A stretch of 47,245 bases of DNA from an uncultured Planctomycetaceae bacterium. Lineage in GTDB: Bacteria > Planctomycetota > Planctomycetia > Planctomycetales > Planctomycetaceae. The notes under the pieces were generated by a model, which did not search any database, was not told where the DNA came from, and was given only the letters and a program-made list of their open reading frames with translations. Where the stretch lies: contig CAZHET010000001.1 in assembly GCA_964531585.1 (NCBI GenBank), forward strand, positions 1-47,245, given 5' to 3'. Shown piece by piece: positions 1-8,279 of the stretch. The first letter of the stretch is position 1. Every line of letters starts with the position of its first letter. Made by a program: the position numbers and the translations under genes.

Positions 1-2
1 GG

Positions 3-956
3 CAGGAAGCTGATGAACCGGAAATCCTTGCCGGAGTCTTCGAAGGCCGCACGACCGGAACGAGCGTCGCGATCCTGATCCGCAACACCGATCAACGCAG
101 CAAGGACTATTCGGACATCAGGGACAAGTATCGTCCAGGGCACGCCGACTTCACTTTTGATGCACGCTACGGTTTTCGGGATTACCGTGGTGGCGGTCGC
201 AGCAGTGCTCGCGAAACGACTGCTCGCGTGGCGGCCGGAGTCATTGCGAAAAAACTGATGGAACGCGACTTCGGCGGGAAGGTCGTCGGCTACGTGACTC
301 AGGTCGGCGACGTGAAAGCAACGATCGAGGCTCCGGAGCATGTAACGCTGGAACACGTCGAGAAACTTCCCGACGGGTCCCCCAATTTCGTCCGCTGTCC
401 GGATGCTGCTGCCGCCGCGAAGATGGTGGAACTGATCGAACAGGTGCGGAAGGAAACGGACTCGATCGGCGGTGTTGCAGAGATTGTCGCCACCGGAATT
501 CCCGCGGGACTGGGCGAACCGGTGTTCGACAAACTGAAAGCGGATCTGGCAAAGGCATTATTCAGCCTGCCGGCCGTGCTGGGGGTCGAATACGGCATTG
601 GCTTCGGGTGCGCCAAACTTCGCGGCAGCCAGAACAACGATGTCTTCGTGCCCGCCGAGTCTGCCGACAGTGACGCGACGCGAATTACGACATCATCGAA
701 TCGTCACGGCGGCATGCTGGGCGGCATTAGTTCCGGTCTGCCGATCATCCTGCGGGCCGCCATCAAACCGACGAGCAGTCTCGCGCGCGAACAGGCCACG
801 GTGACTCGCGACGGCCAGCCGACAACCATCGCCACCAAAGGCCGCCATGACCCCTGCCTGCTGCCTCGATTCGTACCCATGGGCGAAGCGATGGTCGCGA
901 TCGTCATCGCCGATCACTGGCTGAGGTGGAAGGCGATTCGAGGTAACGACTTCTGA
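3..956 (+). CDS. aroC: Chorismate synthase, 5'-truncated by the window edge
   Basis: The frame is open from nt 3. The translation reads ...GVFEGRTTGTSVAILIRNTDQRSKDYSDIRDKYRPGHADFTFDARYGFRDYRGGGRSSARETTARVAAGVIAKK... and continues to ...GRHDPCLLPRFVPMGEAMVAIVIADHWL. These are classic chorismate synthase signatures. The listed GTG start at 228 is internal. Confidence 0.95.
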   Translation, partial: QEADEPEILAGVFEGRTTGTSVAILIRNTDQRSKDYSDIRDKYRPGHADFTFDARYGFRDYRGGGRSSARETTARVAAGVIAKKLMERDFGGKVVGYVTQVGDVKATIEAPEHVTLEHVEKLPDGSPNFVRCPDAAAAAKMVELIEQVRKETDSIGGVAEIVATGIPAGLGEPVFDKLKADLAKALFSLPAVLGVEYGIGFGCAKLRGSQNNDVFVPAESADSDATRITTSSNRHGGMLGGISSGLPIILRAAIKPTSSLAREQATVTRDGQPTTIATKGRHDPCLLPRFVPMGEAMVAIVIADHWLRWKAIRGNDF

Positions 957-995
957 TCTTTGATTGGTGAGTTTAGACTCGAAATGAATTGATCG

Positions 996-2294
996 TCACG
1001 GGTTTCGAATCCTGTTGAAGAGCCCAGTGAACGTCGAGCGTCGTGTCGACATGATTTTCTGGCCGTGACTGTACTTCAACAAATCTGCCAGCAGCGCATC
1101 GGCGGTGGGATAGCGTTCGGGCGGGTGGCGAGCTGTGCAGTTCAGGATGATTGTCTCCAGCCCCTTCGGAATGTCGGACTGAACTTTCCGCGGCGCTTGA
1201 GGTGACTGTTCCAGGATCGCCGTCACCATACTGTCTTCGGTCTTCGATTCGTACGCGTTGGCCAGAGTTGCCAGTTCGTAGAGAGTGATTCCCAGCGAAT
1301 AGATATCGCTGGTCGCGTCATGCGGACCGATCAGGCGTTCCGGAGCCATGTAGCGCAGCGTCCCCATGATGCGCTGAGCGACCGTTGAGTCTCGCTGATC
1401 GATCGGCTGCGAAAGACCGAAGTCGCTGATCCATACACGTCCGTCGGCGTCCAGAAGGATGTTGGCCGGCTTGATGTCGTTGTGCAGAATGCCGGCGGAA
1501 TGAGCGTGCCGCAGGGCCTGAGCCGCCTGAATGGCGATCTGAGTGAAGCTCTTCCAGGACTTGCGAGTTAGCCGTTTGCGCTTGGCATCACCGGCGTGTT
1601 CGACAGCGTTGTCTGTCCTGACGGCTTTAACTTCGACGCTGGAAATAAAGCCACTGGGCTGAGCGGCTTCCTTGCGGGAAATTTCGTCCTGATACACGAC
1701 TCCTTCGGTCTCGCGCAGCCGTTCAACGATGCGGTCCAGGCCGATCCCGTTGACGAACTGCATGACGTAATAGCAATAACCGTGTTCCTGGCCAAAGCGA
1801 TACACGGGAACAATATTGCGGTGCCGCAGGCTGGCGGCAATGCGAGCCTCCTCTTCAAACCGACGCTGCCATTCCGGAACCACAGCAACGCGCCACGGAA
1901 GCACCTTCACCGCGACAAGATTGCCGCCGCCGGATTCGCGGCCCTGGAAGACGACTCCCATACCGCCGCGACCGATTTCGCACAGCAGTTCACAACTCCC
2001 AAGTCGCTTGAAGGGAAAGCGTTCCGGCATGTTGCGACGAATCGCGGCAGCTTCGTTCTGCGACCGAGCCTGTTCCAGCAGAGCGAGCATCGGAAACGAG
2101 TCGCGGATCGTTCCTGCATGACGCGGGTAGCGCCGCGCGTAAATCTCAATGGAAGGCTTCTTGCCCTGTCGCAGTTCTTCGACGAACTGCGACGCCAGAA
2201 TCTCCACCGGCTCGCGCGAACGCAGGTCCGCTTCTCCCTGATGCACGGGAAAGCCCTGCAGTTCGAAACCGGTTTCTTCCTCAGGCTCAGTCAC
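996..2294 (-). CDS. Hanks-type Ser/Thr protein kinase (non-RD; soluble, no C-terminal sensor domain)
   Basis: Kinase motifs are present: G-loop EIGRGGMGVVF, VAVKVL lysine, catalytic loop ILHNDIKPANILL, DFGLS and RYMAPE. Confidence 0.9.
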   Translation of the reverse strand: MTEPEEETGFELQGFPVHQGEADLRSREPVEILASQFVEELRQGKKPSIEIYARRYPRHAGTIRDSFPMLALLEQARSQNEAAAIRRNMPERFPFKRLGSCELLCEIGRGGMGVVFQGRESGGGNLVAVKVLPWRVAVVPEWQRRFEEEARIAASLRHRNIVPVYRFGQEHGYCYYVMQFVNGIGLDRIVERLRETEGVVYQDEISRKEAAQPSGFISSVEVKAVRTDNAVEHAGDAKRKRLTRKSWKSFTQIAIQAAQALRHAHSAGILHNDIKPANILLDADGRVWISDFGLSQPIDQRDSTVAQRIMGTLRYMAPERLIGPHDATSDIYSLGITLYELATLANAYESKTEDSMVTAILEQSPQAPRKVQSDIPKGLETIILNCTARHPPERYPTADALLADLLKYSHGQKIMSTRRSTFTGLFNRIRNP

Positions 2295-2409
2295 GTCGGC
2301 GGATTCTTCGGGAATAATCCGTGGAAGTTGTCCGCTGGCATCCTAACCGGTGCACAGCCGCACGACCCGCGACTCCGTTGTTTCCGCGCAGACGGCAGTG
2401 CGGTGCGGG

Positions 2410-2525
2410 CCGCTGGGTTCCCGCCTGCGCGGGAACGACGGAGGTGCTCCGGCAGGGTGTGCTGACGGCACAACACCGCTGGGTTCCCGCCTGCGCGGGA
2501 ATGACGGAGGTGCGGGAACGACGGG
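2410..2525. repeat. Two 38-nt direct copies (2410..2447, 2476..2513; 1 mismatch) plus a partial third copy, each carrying a TTCCCGC-CTGC-GCGGGAA hairpin (REP-like palindromic element)
   Basis: Read directly from the sequence: ccgctgggttcccgcctgcgcgggaaYgacggaggtgc occurs twice, followed by gggaacgacgg. The stems are 2417..2424/2429..2436 and 2484..2490/2495..2501. The element lies in the 285-nt gap between the stop of the WD40 gene and the start of the kinase gene. Confidence 0.85.
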
Positions 2526-2579
2526 ATCAGTGATCTGCCTTTGCCTTCCGCTGGCAGGGTATCGTTCGGCCACTGGCGA

Positions 2580-4982
2580 CTATTCGCCTGCAGCAAACTT
2601 TGCGATTTCCGCGCCGTCGGAGCCGTTCCAGATTCGCAGCACTCCGTCTTCGCAGCCGGCTGCGACGATGCTGCCGTCGGAGGTGACGGCGGTGCAGTAG
2701 ACGTAGTCCGGGCAGCCCGTAAACTCGCGTACCCCTGCGCCGTCACCTGCCCGATGGCGGAACACGCGACGGTCGCCGCTGCTGCTGATGAATTCGTCCA
2801 ACATGCCGACGAATTCCAGCGACGTGACCTGCTTGCTGTACGTGTTGATCGTGCGAGCCTGTTCGCCGGTTTCCGCGTTCCAGACCTTGATCGCGTTGTC
2901 GGCCCCGGCGCTGGCCAGAGTTGTGCCGTCGCCCTTCCAACTGACGTCCATCACGTGATGCGTATGGCCTTCGTACGACCGGAACAGCTTGCCGTCGGCA
3001 ACATCGAAGACTTTGACGAACTTGTCGGCGGACGCCGTTGCCAGCCGTTTGCCATCCGGGCTGAATTCCATGCCGTAGACGGTATCGCTGTGAGCATCCG
3101 GGATTTCTCGCGCAAGTGACCGATCTGCGACATTCCACAGAGTGATTTGACCGGTGCGTGACGCTTCGCCTCCGCCAGCCGCAAGAAGCGAACCGTCGGG
3201 AGAGAACGCCAGCGCGAGTACTCGATCGGCGAATACGCTACCGCCGCCTTCTTCAGCACCGAGACTTCCTGCAGGCTGCCAGTGAGGGAACAGGTCAACC
3301 TGAGACACCGAACCGTCTTCATGGCGAACCAGCAGCGATTGTTCGTGCGGGACCATCTCCACGACCGGTGAAGCTTCTGCATTCAACAATGTCATCGCAT
3401 CGATTGCGGAGCCATCGGAGGTTTTCCACAGTCGGACGGTGCCGGAGGAATCCAGCGTCGCCAGCAGGCTGCCGTCGCTGACAAACGCAGCGAGCTTTGC
3501 GGTGACTGGAACTTCCGCCGGAGCCTTCGTTTGCTCGAGGGCTTCCGTTGACCGCGTAAGTTCGGCCTGCACGGCTGTCAGCAACTGCTTCTTTTCGTCG
3601 ACATGCCCCGATGCTCGCGTAACGGCCTGTTCGGCGAGTTGTTTACTCTTTTCGGCCGACTTCAGTTCGTTGCCGGCGGTGGTGACGGCGTCTTTGGCGG
3701 CCTGTTCGGCTGTGGTGGCCTCTTCGAGCTGCTTCTTCAGAGCTTCGTCGTCGGGTGTTTCATCGGATGCCTTCTTCGACTCTGCTGCCTTCGCTGCTGC
3801 TTCAGTCAGCTTTGTCGCCGCTTCGTCGTTTGCCGTTTTCGCTTTGGTGAGTGCTTCATCTGCTTTCTTGACGGCTTCCTGTTGTTCGGCCACCTGCTTT
3901 TCTGCTTCGGCGATCTGAGCATTCACGACATTGACTCGAGATTCGCGAACGACCTTGTCGGTTTCTCGCTGAGTCAGCCGGCGAGCCGCGTGAAGATCCT
4001 TCGTCAGATCGGCGATCAATGCGCCGTCGGTGGCGTTCCAGAGTCGTGCGACACCGTCAGCGGAGACAGTTGCGACGCGCTGCCCATCCGGCGAAACAGC
4101 GACGTCGGTGACTTCAGCCGGTGTCGTGATCGTGGCCACGGGCTGGTCTGGTGTTTCCGTCTTTGCGACAGTTACGACTGCCGCGTCAACGCGAACAGTG
4201 ATGCCTCCGGCACTGTCTGCCGACGTCACTGCTTCCGCACTGATATCTGACGGGCGGACGGCGTCGGCGAAGTTTCGAGTCCACAATTTGACGACCTGAT
4301 AGCCTGCCGTCGCCAGCAGCTCGCCGTCCGGATGGAAAGCGATCGCGTGAACATAGTCTCGATGAGCCAGGGGGTGGGCTGCGGGAAGGTCGATCTCGGG
4401 ATCGGCCAGCGACTGCTGATTCTGGCTGGCTGCCAAATCGTAAACTGTGACGGAGCCGGCACGACCGGTCGCCACAAATCGGCCGAATGGATCGACATCG
4501 AGCGCATAGATCGCGCGCAGCTGGTCATTGATTGCCTGCCAGTTCATGCTGGCATTTGACGTGGCCGGGCCGGATTTTGCTCCTTCCAGAATCCACTGCC
4601 TCAGCAGACCAAGCTGTTCGGGCGTCAGCTTCTTCGCTTCAACATCATTCGGCCACGGCGGCATCGCCGGTTCTTCATGTCGTGCGGCAAGCTGGTACAG
4701 GTAACTTTCTTCGGGCTTTTCGGGAACGAGCGCTGGTCCGTTGTTTCCGCCCTTCAGCATGGCTTCGACAGACTCGACGACGAGATCGCTTTCGGCCGTT
4801 GCCAGGTTGTGACACGCCAGGCAGTTGGCTTCGAGGATCGGATAGATGTCTTTCGCGAATTCCACCGGCCGGTCAAGCTGCACGGCAGCCGGCTCGATGG
4901 GCGTTTCTTCGTCGGCGATCGCCAGAGCTGTCGGCAGGACCACTGCCAACGACAGCCAAACCAGTTTCATCTGCTCACTCAT
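2580..4982 (-). CDS. Secreted PSCyt1 (planctomycete cytochrome c-like, CXXCH) domain protein with WD40 repeats interrupted by a ~150-aa coiled coil
   Basis: There is an N-terminal signal-like segment (KLVWLSLAVVLPTALAIA). The motif IYPILEANCLACHN carries a CXXCH (codons 4809..4823). Many WD40-like units are present (e.g. GHTHHVMDVSWKGDGTTLASAGADNAIKVWN, DGVARLWN, GTVRLWK). An A/E/K/Q-rich coiled coil is encoded at roughly 3520..3990. The start overlaps the upstream gene's stop as ATGA (4979..4982). Confidence 0.85.
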   Translation of the reverse strand: MSEQMKLVWLSLAVVLPTALAIADEETPIEPAAVQLDRPVEFAKDIYPILEANCLACHNLATAESDLVVESVEAMLKGGNNGPALVPEKPEESYLYQLAARHEEPAMPPWPNDVEAKKLTPEQLGLLRQWILEGAKSGPATSNASMNWQAINDQLRAIYALDVDPFGRFVATGRAGSVTVYDLAASQNQQSLADPEIDLPAAHPLAHRDYVHAIAFHPDGELLATAGYQVVKLWTRNFADAVRPSDISAEAVTSADSAGGITVRVDAAVVTVAKTETPDQPVATITTPAEVTDVAVSPDGQRVATVSADGVARLWNATDGALIADLTKDLHAARRLTQRETDKVVRESRVNVVNAQIAEAEKQVAEQQEAVKKADEALTKAKTANDEAATKLTEAAAKAAESKKASDETPDDEALKKQLEEATTAEQAAKDAVTTAGNELKSAEKSKQLAEQAVTRASGHVDEKKQLLTAVQAELTRSTEALEQTKAPAEVPVTAKLAAFVSDGSLLATLDSSGTVRLWKTSDGSAIDAMTLLNAEASPVVEMVPHEQSLLVRHEDGSVSQVDLFPHWQPAGSLGAEEGGGSVFADRVLALAFSPDGSLLAAGGGEASRTGQITLWNVADRSLAREIPDAHSDTVYGMEFSPDGKRLATASADKFVKVFDVADGKLFRSYEGHTHHVMDVSWKGDGTTLASAGADNAIKVWNAETGEQARTINTYSKQVTSLEFVGMLDEFISSSGDRRVFRHRAGDGAGVREFTGCPDYVYCTAVTSDGSIVAAGCEDGVLRIWNGSDGAEIAKFAAGE

Positions 4983-7900
4983 TCCGCCACCTTCAGACTA
5001 ACAGGGAAATCGATGTTCGCGGGGCGACCGTTGAATTCAGCGGTCGCTCGAATGACGGCGTTTGCAATCGCGCCCGGAGCGGCATCAGCAGCCGCGGTCA
5101 GAGTCAGCACGGCGTCTGTCTTGTCGGCCGGAATTTCTGCCGTCCTGGAAGTGACTACTGTGTCGCCTTCGGGCGTAAGCAGTGAAACCGTCAGTGCGCC
5201 GGTGAAGGCCGGTTTGCGTGTGACCGTCACCGTCACATCCAGCGTCTGTCCCTTCCTGATGGCTCCCTCGTTCGGCACGGCGGCGGAAATCGTCGCGGCT
5301 GATTCGTGAACTGACAGCAGCACCGGCGTGCCGACAAGTCGGACATTGACTGGATTGGATTTCGTGGCTTCGTTCGCCTGCTTGGCGGCTTCGTCGGCCT
5401 TTTGTTTTTCGGCGTCGAACTGTGCGACGACCTGTTCGGCCTCGGCCACGGCAGCCTGAGCTGTCTGGACAATTTGTTCGAGAGTCGGAAGCTGAGTGCG
5501 GACCGCCGTCAGCTCCGCGGTGTGTTGTTCGATGGCGGCAGTGGTCGCCTTCAGTTTCGCTGCGGCCTCAGCGGCTTGCTGAGTCAGCGCGGTCACCGGT
5601 TTCGCGGCTTCTTCAACAGACGCGGACGCCTGACGGACCGTCTGCAGCGCGGCTTCGAAGTCGGCCAGGTCAGGCTGCCCGCTGGAAGTGCCAGGCTCCT
5701 GCCGAGCGGATTCTGTGTCGGGGGCGTTCTCCGGCAGCGGCTCAGCACTAGCTTCGCCTTCCCGCGTTGCGAAGGCATCTAGTTGTTCCTTCAACTGCCG
5801 CAGTTGCGTAGCGGCGACGGTCTGCTGCGACGTCGCGTCCGTCAGTTGCCCAGTCAGCGTTTCTTTGGTCGTTTGATCGGTCTGCAACTGCTGTTCGAGA
5901 GTCTTCAGTTTCTCAGTCAGTTCGGTGATCTGCTGCTGAGCCGCCGCGACCTGAGCCTTCGAGGCTTCCAGTTTCGTTTGCTCCGCAGCCAGCTTTGCCT
6001 GAGCTTCGTCGAGCTTCTGTTGGGCTCGTTCAGCCAGCCACGGATTGCGGCGGTAGGGAACCTGAGCGGTTCCGTAAGCCAGCAGCGTGGCGTAACCAGT
6101 GGCGGCGTTGTCCTTGAAGAAAAAGCGAGCCGGCGCGGAATCGGCTCCCTGGGCAATCGTGACTTTTGGCGGCACGTCGACGTTGCCCGGCTGACCAATG
6201 AATGCAATGTCAACGTTGCCGTCAAAGCCGTTCCGACGCGTAATTTTGACAGGAAGCATCAGCTGCTGAGACTGGTTGACATCCGCAACTGCCTCGCCGA
6301 GTTCGATCGAAAACGGCTCGGCATCCTTCATGACAGCGACCAACAGCGATCCAGCCATTCGTCCCGCGCGAGGCAGGCCGTTGGCTCCTCCATGAACGAG
6401 AGTTGCCACGCCTGCGACGTGTGTGGCGTTGTCGGAGGTTGCCGTGATGCGTACGGGAGACGCGACTTCGGCGGCGTCTTCGGCCGCGGTGAATACCAGA
6501 AACGCGGACGTCTGCCCCGCCGGAATCACTGCTTCGCCACACGTCACGCCAGCCGGCAGGCCCTCCGCCTTCAGGCGAATGCTGTCGTTGTGGCCACCCG
6601 CACGGTAGGCATAAACGGGAACTTCATAGCTGCCACCCTTTCTCAGACTGACGGCTCCCGTACCCGCCGGTTGCTGGCCGTCAACCGACGGCAGCGAGTC
6701 GAAAACAACGATTCGAAAACCGCGTTCGGGTTTGCGAATGGAAAGATGCCAGACCAGATCTGCTGAACCTCGCGACGTTGCGTAGCGATCCTGCAGTCGA
6801 ATCCGATACGAGCCGTCTTCCGGAACTGTCAGCGTGAACGACGGATCCGTGGTCAGCGTCGGCAGGTGATTGGCCCCGGGGTTCTGTTTGTTGTCGACTT
6901 CCCGCGCAAGTCGCTGAAAGGATTCGCTGCCGTCTTCGGCTCTGTTGATTTTTTCCACAACCATCAGTGGATTCGAAGGTGAACCGAGCCGGTGAGAGAG
7001 GACGTCAATCTGCCAGGTCTCATCTTTCTTTGCCTCAAAGCGAATGATGTCTTCATCGTTGACGGCTTCGAAGTGACCGGTGATTTCAGCGGGGAGCGTG
7101 ATGCTTTCCGTATGACGGGACTCCGATCCCGTCGCGTCGTACGTCGCCAGACAAATCAGATTGCCGTCGATGCCATTCCACAGAAATGTATCCAGCGAAG
7201 CCGCGAAAGATTCTGTGCCGATGGCTGCAATGTCATGAGTGTCAATCTGTGCGGTTACCGGCTTGCGAAACACCGGCATTCCGTCCAGAAGTACTTCGGT
7301 AAGTTCTCCACCGGGAAGGTGTCTGCCGAACAAGGCGATCTCCGTCGGCTGATTGGGCGACACCAGCGGTGGCATCACATAGTCGACCAGTGGCCGTGTG
7401 TCAGCGCTGATGCGGTACACGTATTCATTGCCTCCGGCGAACACAATGTCGTGGACTTTGAGAGTCAGAACCTGATCCGTTTCACTTCGAACAACAATCG
7501 CTGCGTCGCGACTATGGACCCGCCGCGATTCGGCGATTCGGCGACCACGCGCGTCGAAAAGCTGCAGCGACGGCTGCATCAGCGAGTCAAGCCGTGCGGC
7601 TTCTGTGCGAATGACGACGGCCTCTCCCGCTTTGGCCTCAATCCGGTACATGTCCACATCCGCAGTGCCGTTGGACCGAGCGTTGACGATCGTGTTGAGC
7701 GGGAGCGGCTTTGCGGCATCGCGAGAATTATTGGCATCGTCTTCGGCCAGTTCCGGCAATGAATCAACGCGGAACGCCCGTGGATTACTGATGCCAAACA
7801 GTCCCCGAATCCGCAGGTCGTAAATGCCAGGCTCCACGCTGGAATCGACGCTGACGGTGAACGTATTGCCGACGGGATTTCCGGCACCATCGACCTTCTG

Positions 7901-8116
7901 TGTCGCTCGCAGCCCCGGATGACTGAACACAATTTCGCTGAGTTCATCCAGATCGGAACCGCCGGTGACAGCGACGTCCACCGTCGTCCCCTGCTGCGCT
8001 CCCGGCGGAAAAACGGCCGTCAGTCGGGTTTGCGGCAGGTGGACCGGCTGCGCGAAGGCGGAGTCGGAAAACAGGATGGCGGCACTGATGACAGCAAGAC
8101 GGAGGCGGGCAGGCAT
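4979..8116 (-). CDS. Large secreted protein of unknown function: N-terminal beta-sandwich and pre-peptidase-C-terminal-like (PPC-like) modules, a ~230-aa coiled coil and a C-terminal Ig-like module
   Basis: The signal peptide is MPARLRLAVISAAILFSDSAFAQP. Two segments resemble PPC domains (NNSRDAAKPLPLNTIVNARSNGTADVDMYRIEAKAGEAVVI...; ITLPAEITGHFEAVNDEDIIRFEAKKDETWQIDVL...). A long A/Q/E/T/K-rich heptad-like region is encoded at roughly 5350..6045. The domain names are from pattern memory only. Confidence 0.7.
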   Translation of the reverse strand: MPARLRLAVISAAILFSDSAFAQPVHLPQTRLTAVFPPGAQQGTTVDVAVTGGSDLDELSEIVFSHPGLRATQKVDGAGNPVGNTFTVSVDSSVEPGIYDLRIRGLFGISNPRAFRVDSLPELAEDDANNSRDAAKPLPLNTIVNARSNGTADVDMYRIEAKAGEAVVIRTEAARLDSLMQPSLQLFDARGRRIAESRRVHSRDAAIVVRSETDQVLTLKVHDIVFAGGNEYVYRISADTRPLVDYVMPPLVSPNQPTEIALFGRHLPGGELTEVLLDGMPVFRKPVTAQIDTHDIAAIGTESFAASLDTFLWNGIDGNLICLATYDATGSESRHTESITLPAEITGHFEAVNDEDIIRFEAKKDETWQIDVLSHRLGSPSNPLMVVEKINRAEDGSESFQRLAREVDNKQNPGANHLPTLTTDPSFTLTVPEDGSYRIRLQDRYATSRGSADLVWHLSIRKPERGFRIVVFDSLPSVDGQQPAGTGAVSLRKGGSYEVPVYAYRAGGHNDSIRLKAEGLPAGVTCGEAVIPAGQTSAFLVFTAAEDAAEVASPVRITATSDNATHVAGVATLVHGGANGLPRAGRMAGSLLVAVMKDAEPFSIELGEAVADVNQSQQLMLPVKITRRNGFDGNVDIAFIGQPGNVDVPPKVTIAQGADSAPARFFFKDNAATGYATLLAYGTAQVPYRRNPWLAERAQQKLDEAQAKLAAEQTKLEASKAQVAAAQQQITELTEKLKTLEQQLQTDQTTKETLTGQLTDATSQQTVAATQLRQLKEQLDAFATREGEASAEPLPENAPDTESARQEPGTSSGQPDLADFEAALQTVRQASASVEEAAKPVTALTQQAAEAAAKLKATTAAIEQHTAELTAVRTQLPTLEQIVQTAQAAVAEAEQVVAQFDAEKQKADEAAKQANEATKSNPVNVRLVGTPVLLSVHESAATISAAVPNEGAIRKGQTLDVTVTVTRKPAFTGALTVSLLTPEGDTVVTSRTAEIPADKTDAVLTLTAAADAAPGAIANAVIRATAEFNGRPANIDFPVSLKVAE

Positions 8117-8279
8117 AGGCGGGACGCTCAGGTAGGAAATCCGTCGGGCTTACCCCGGCAGATCTACGGTCTATGCACGACTCGATACCGGTTCCGGATC
8201 GAATCGTGCAGAAGCCAAAAAACTATTGGGGCAAGCCCGGTGGGGGATGGGACAACGGCAGGAGCAGAAGCGGGCCGCG

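Noticed and set aside
2410-2513. Two 38-nt repeats separated by a 28-nt spacer look superficially like a mini CRISPR array.
   Set aside because: There are only two full copies, plus a fragment that follows without a spacer. No cas genes occur in the window. The repeat is itself a palindromic unit that recurs in inverted and nested form at 39954..40047. This is REP-like behaviour, not CRISPR.
2291-2746. A 151-aa ORF and neighbouring small ORFs (e.g. 2321..2533, 2350..2700) spanning the repeat region, with peptides such as PACAGMTE / FPRRREPS.
   Set aside because: These reading frames are created by translating the palindromic repeats. They partly overlap the 3' end of the WD40 gene.
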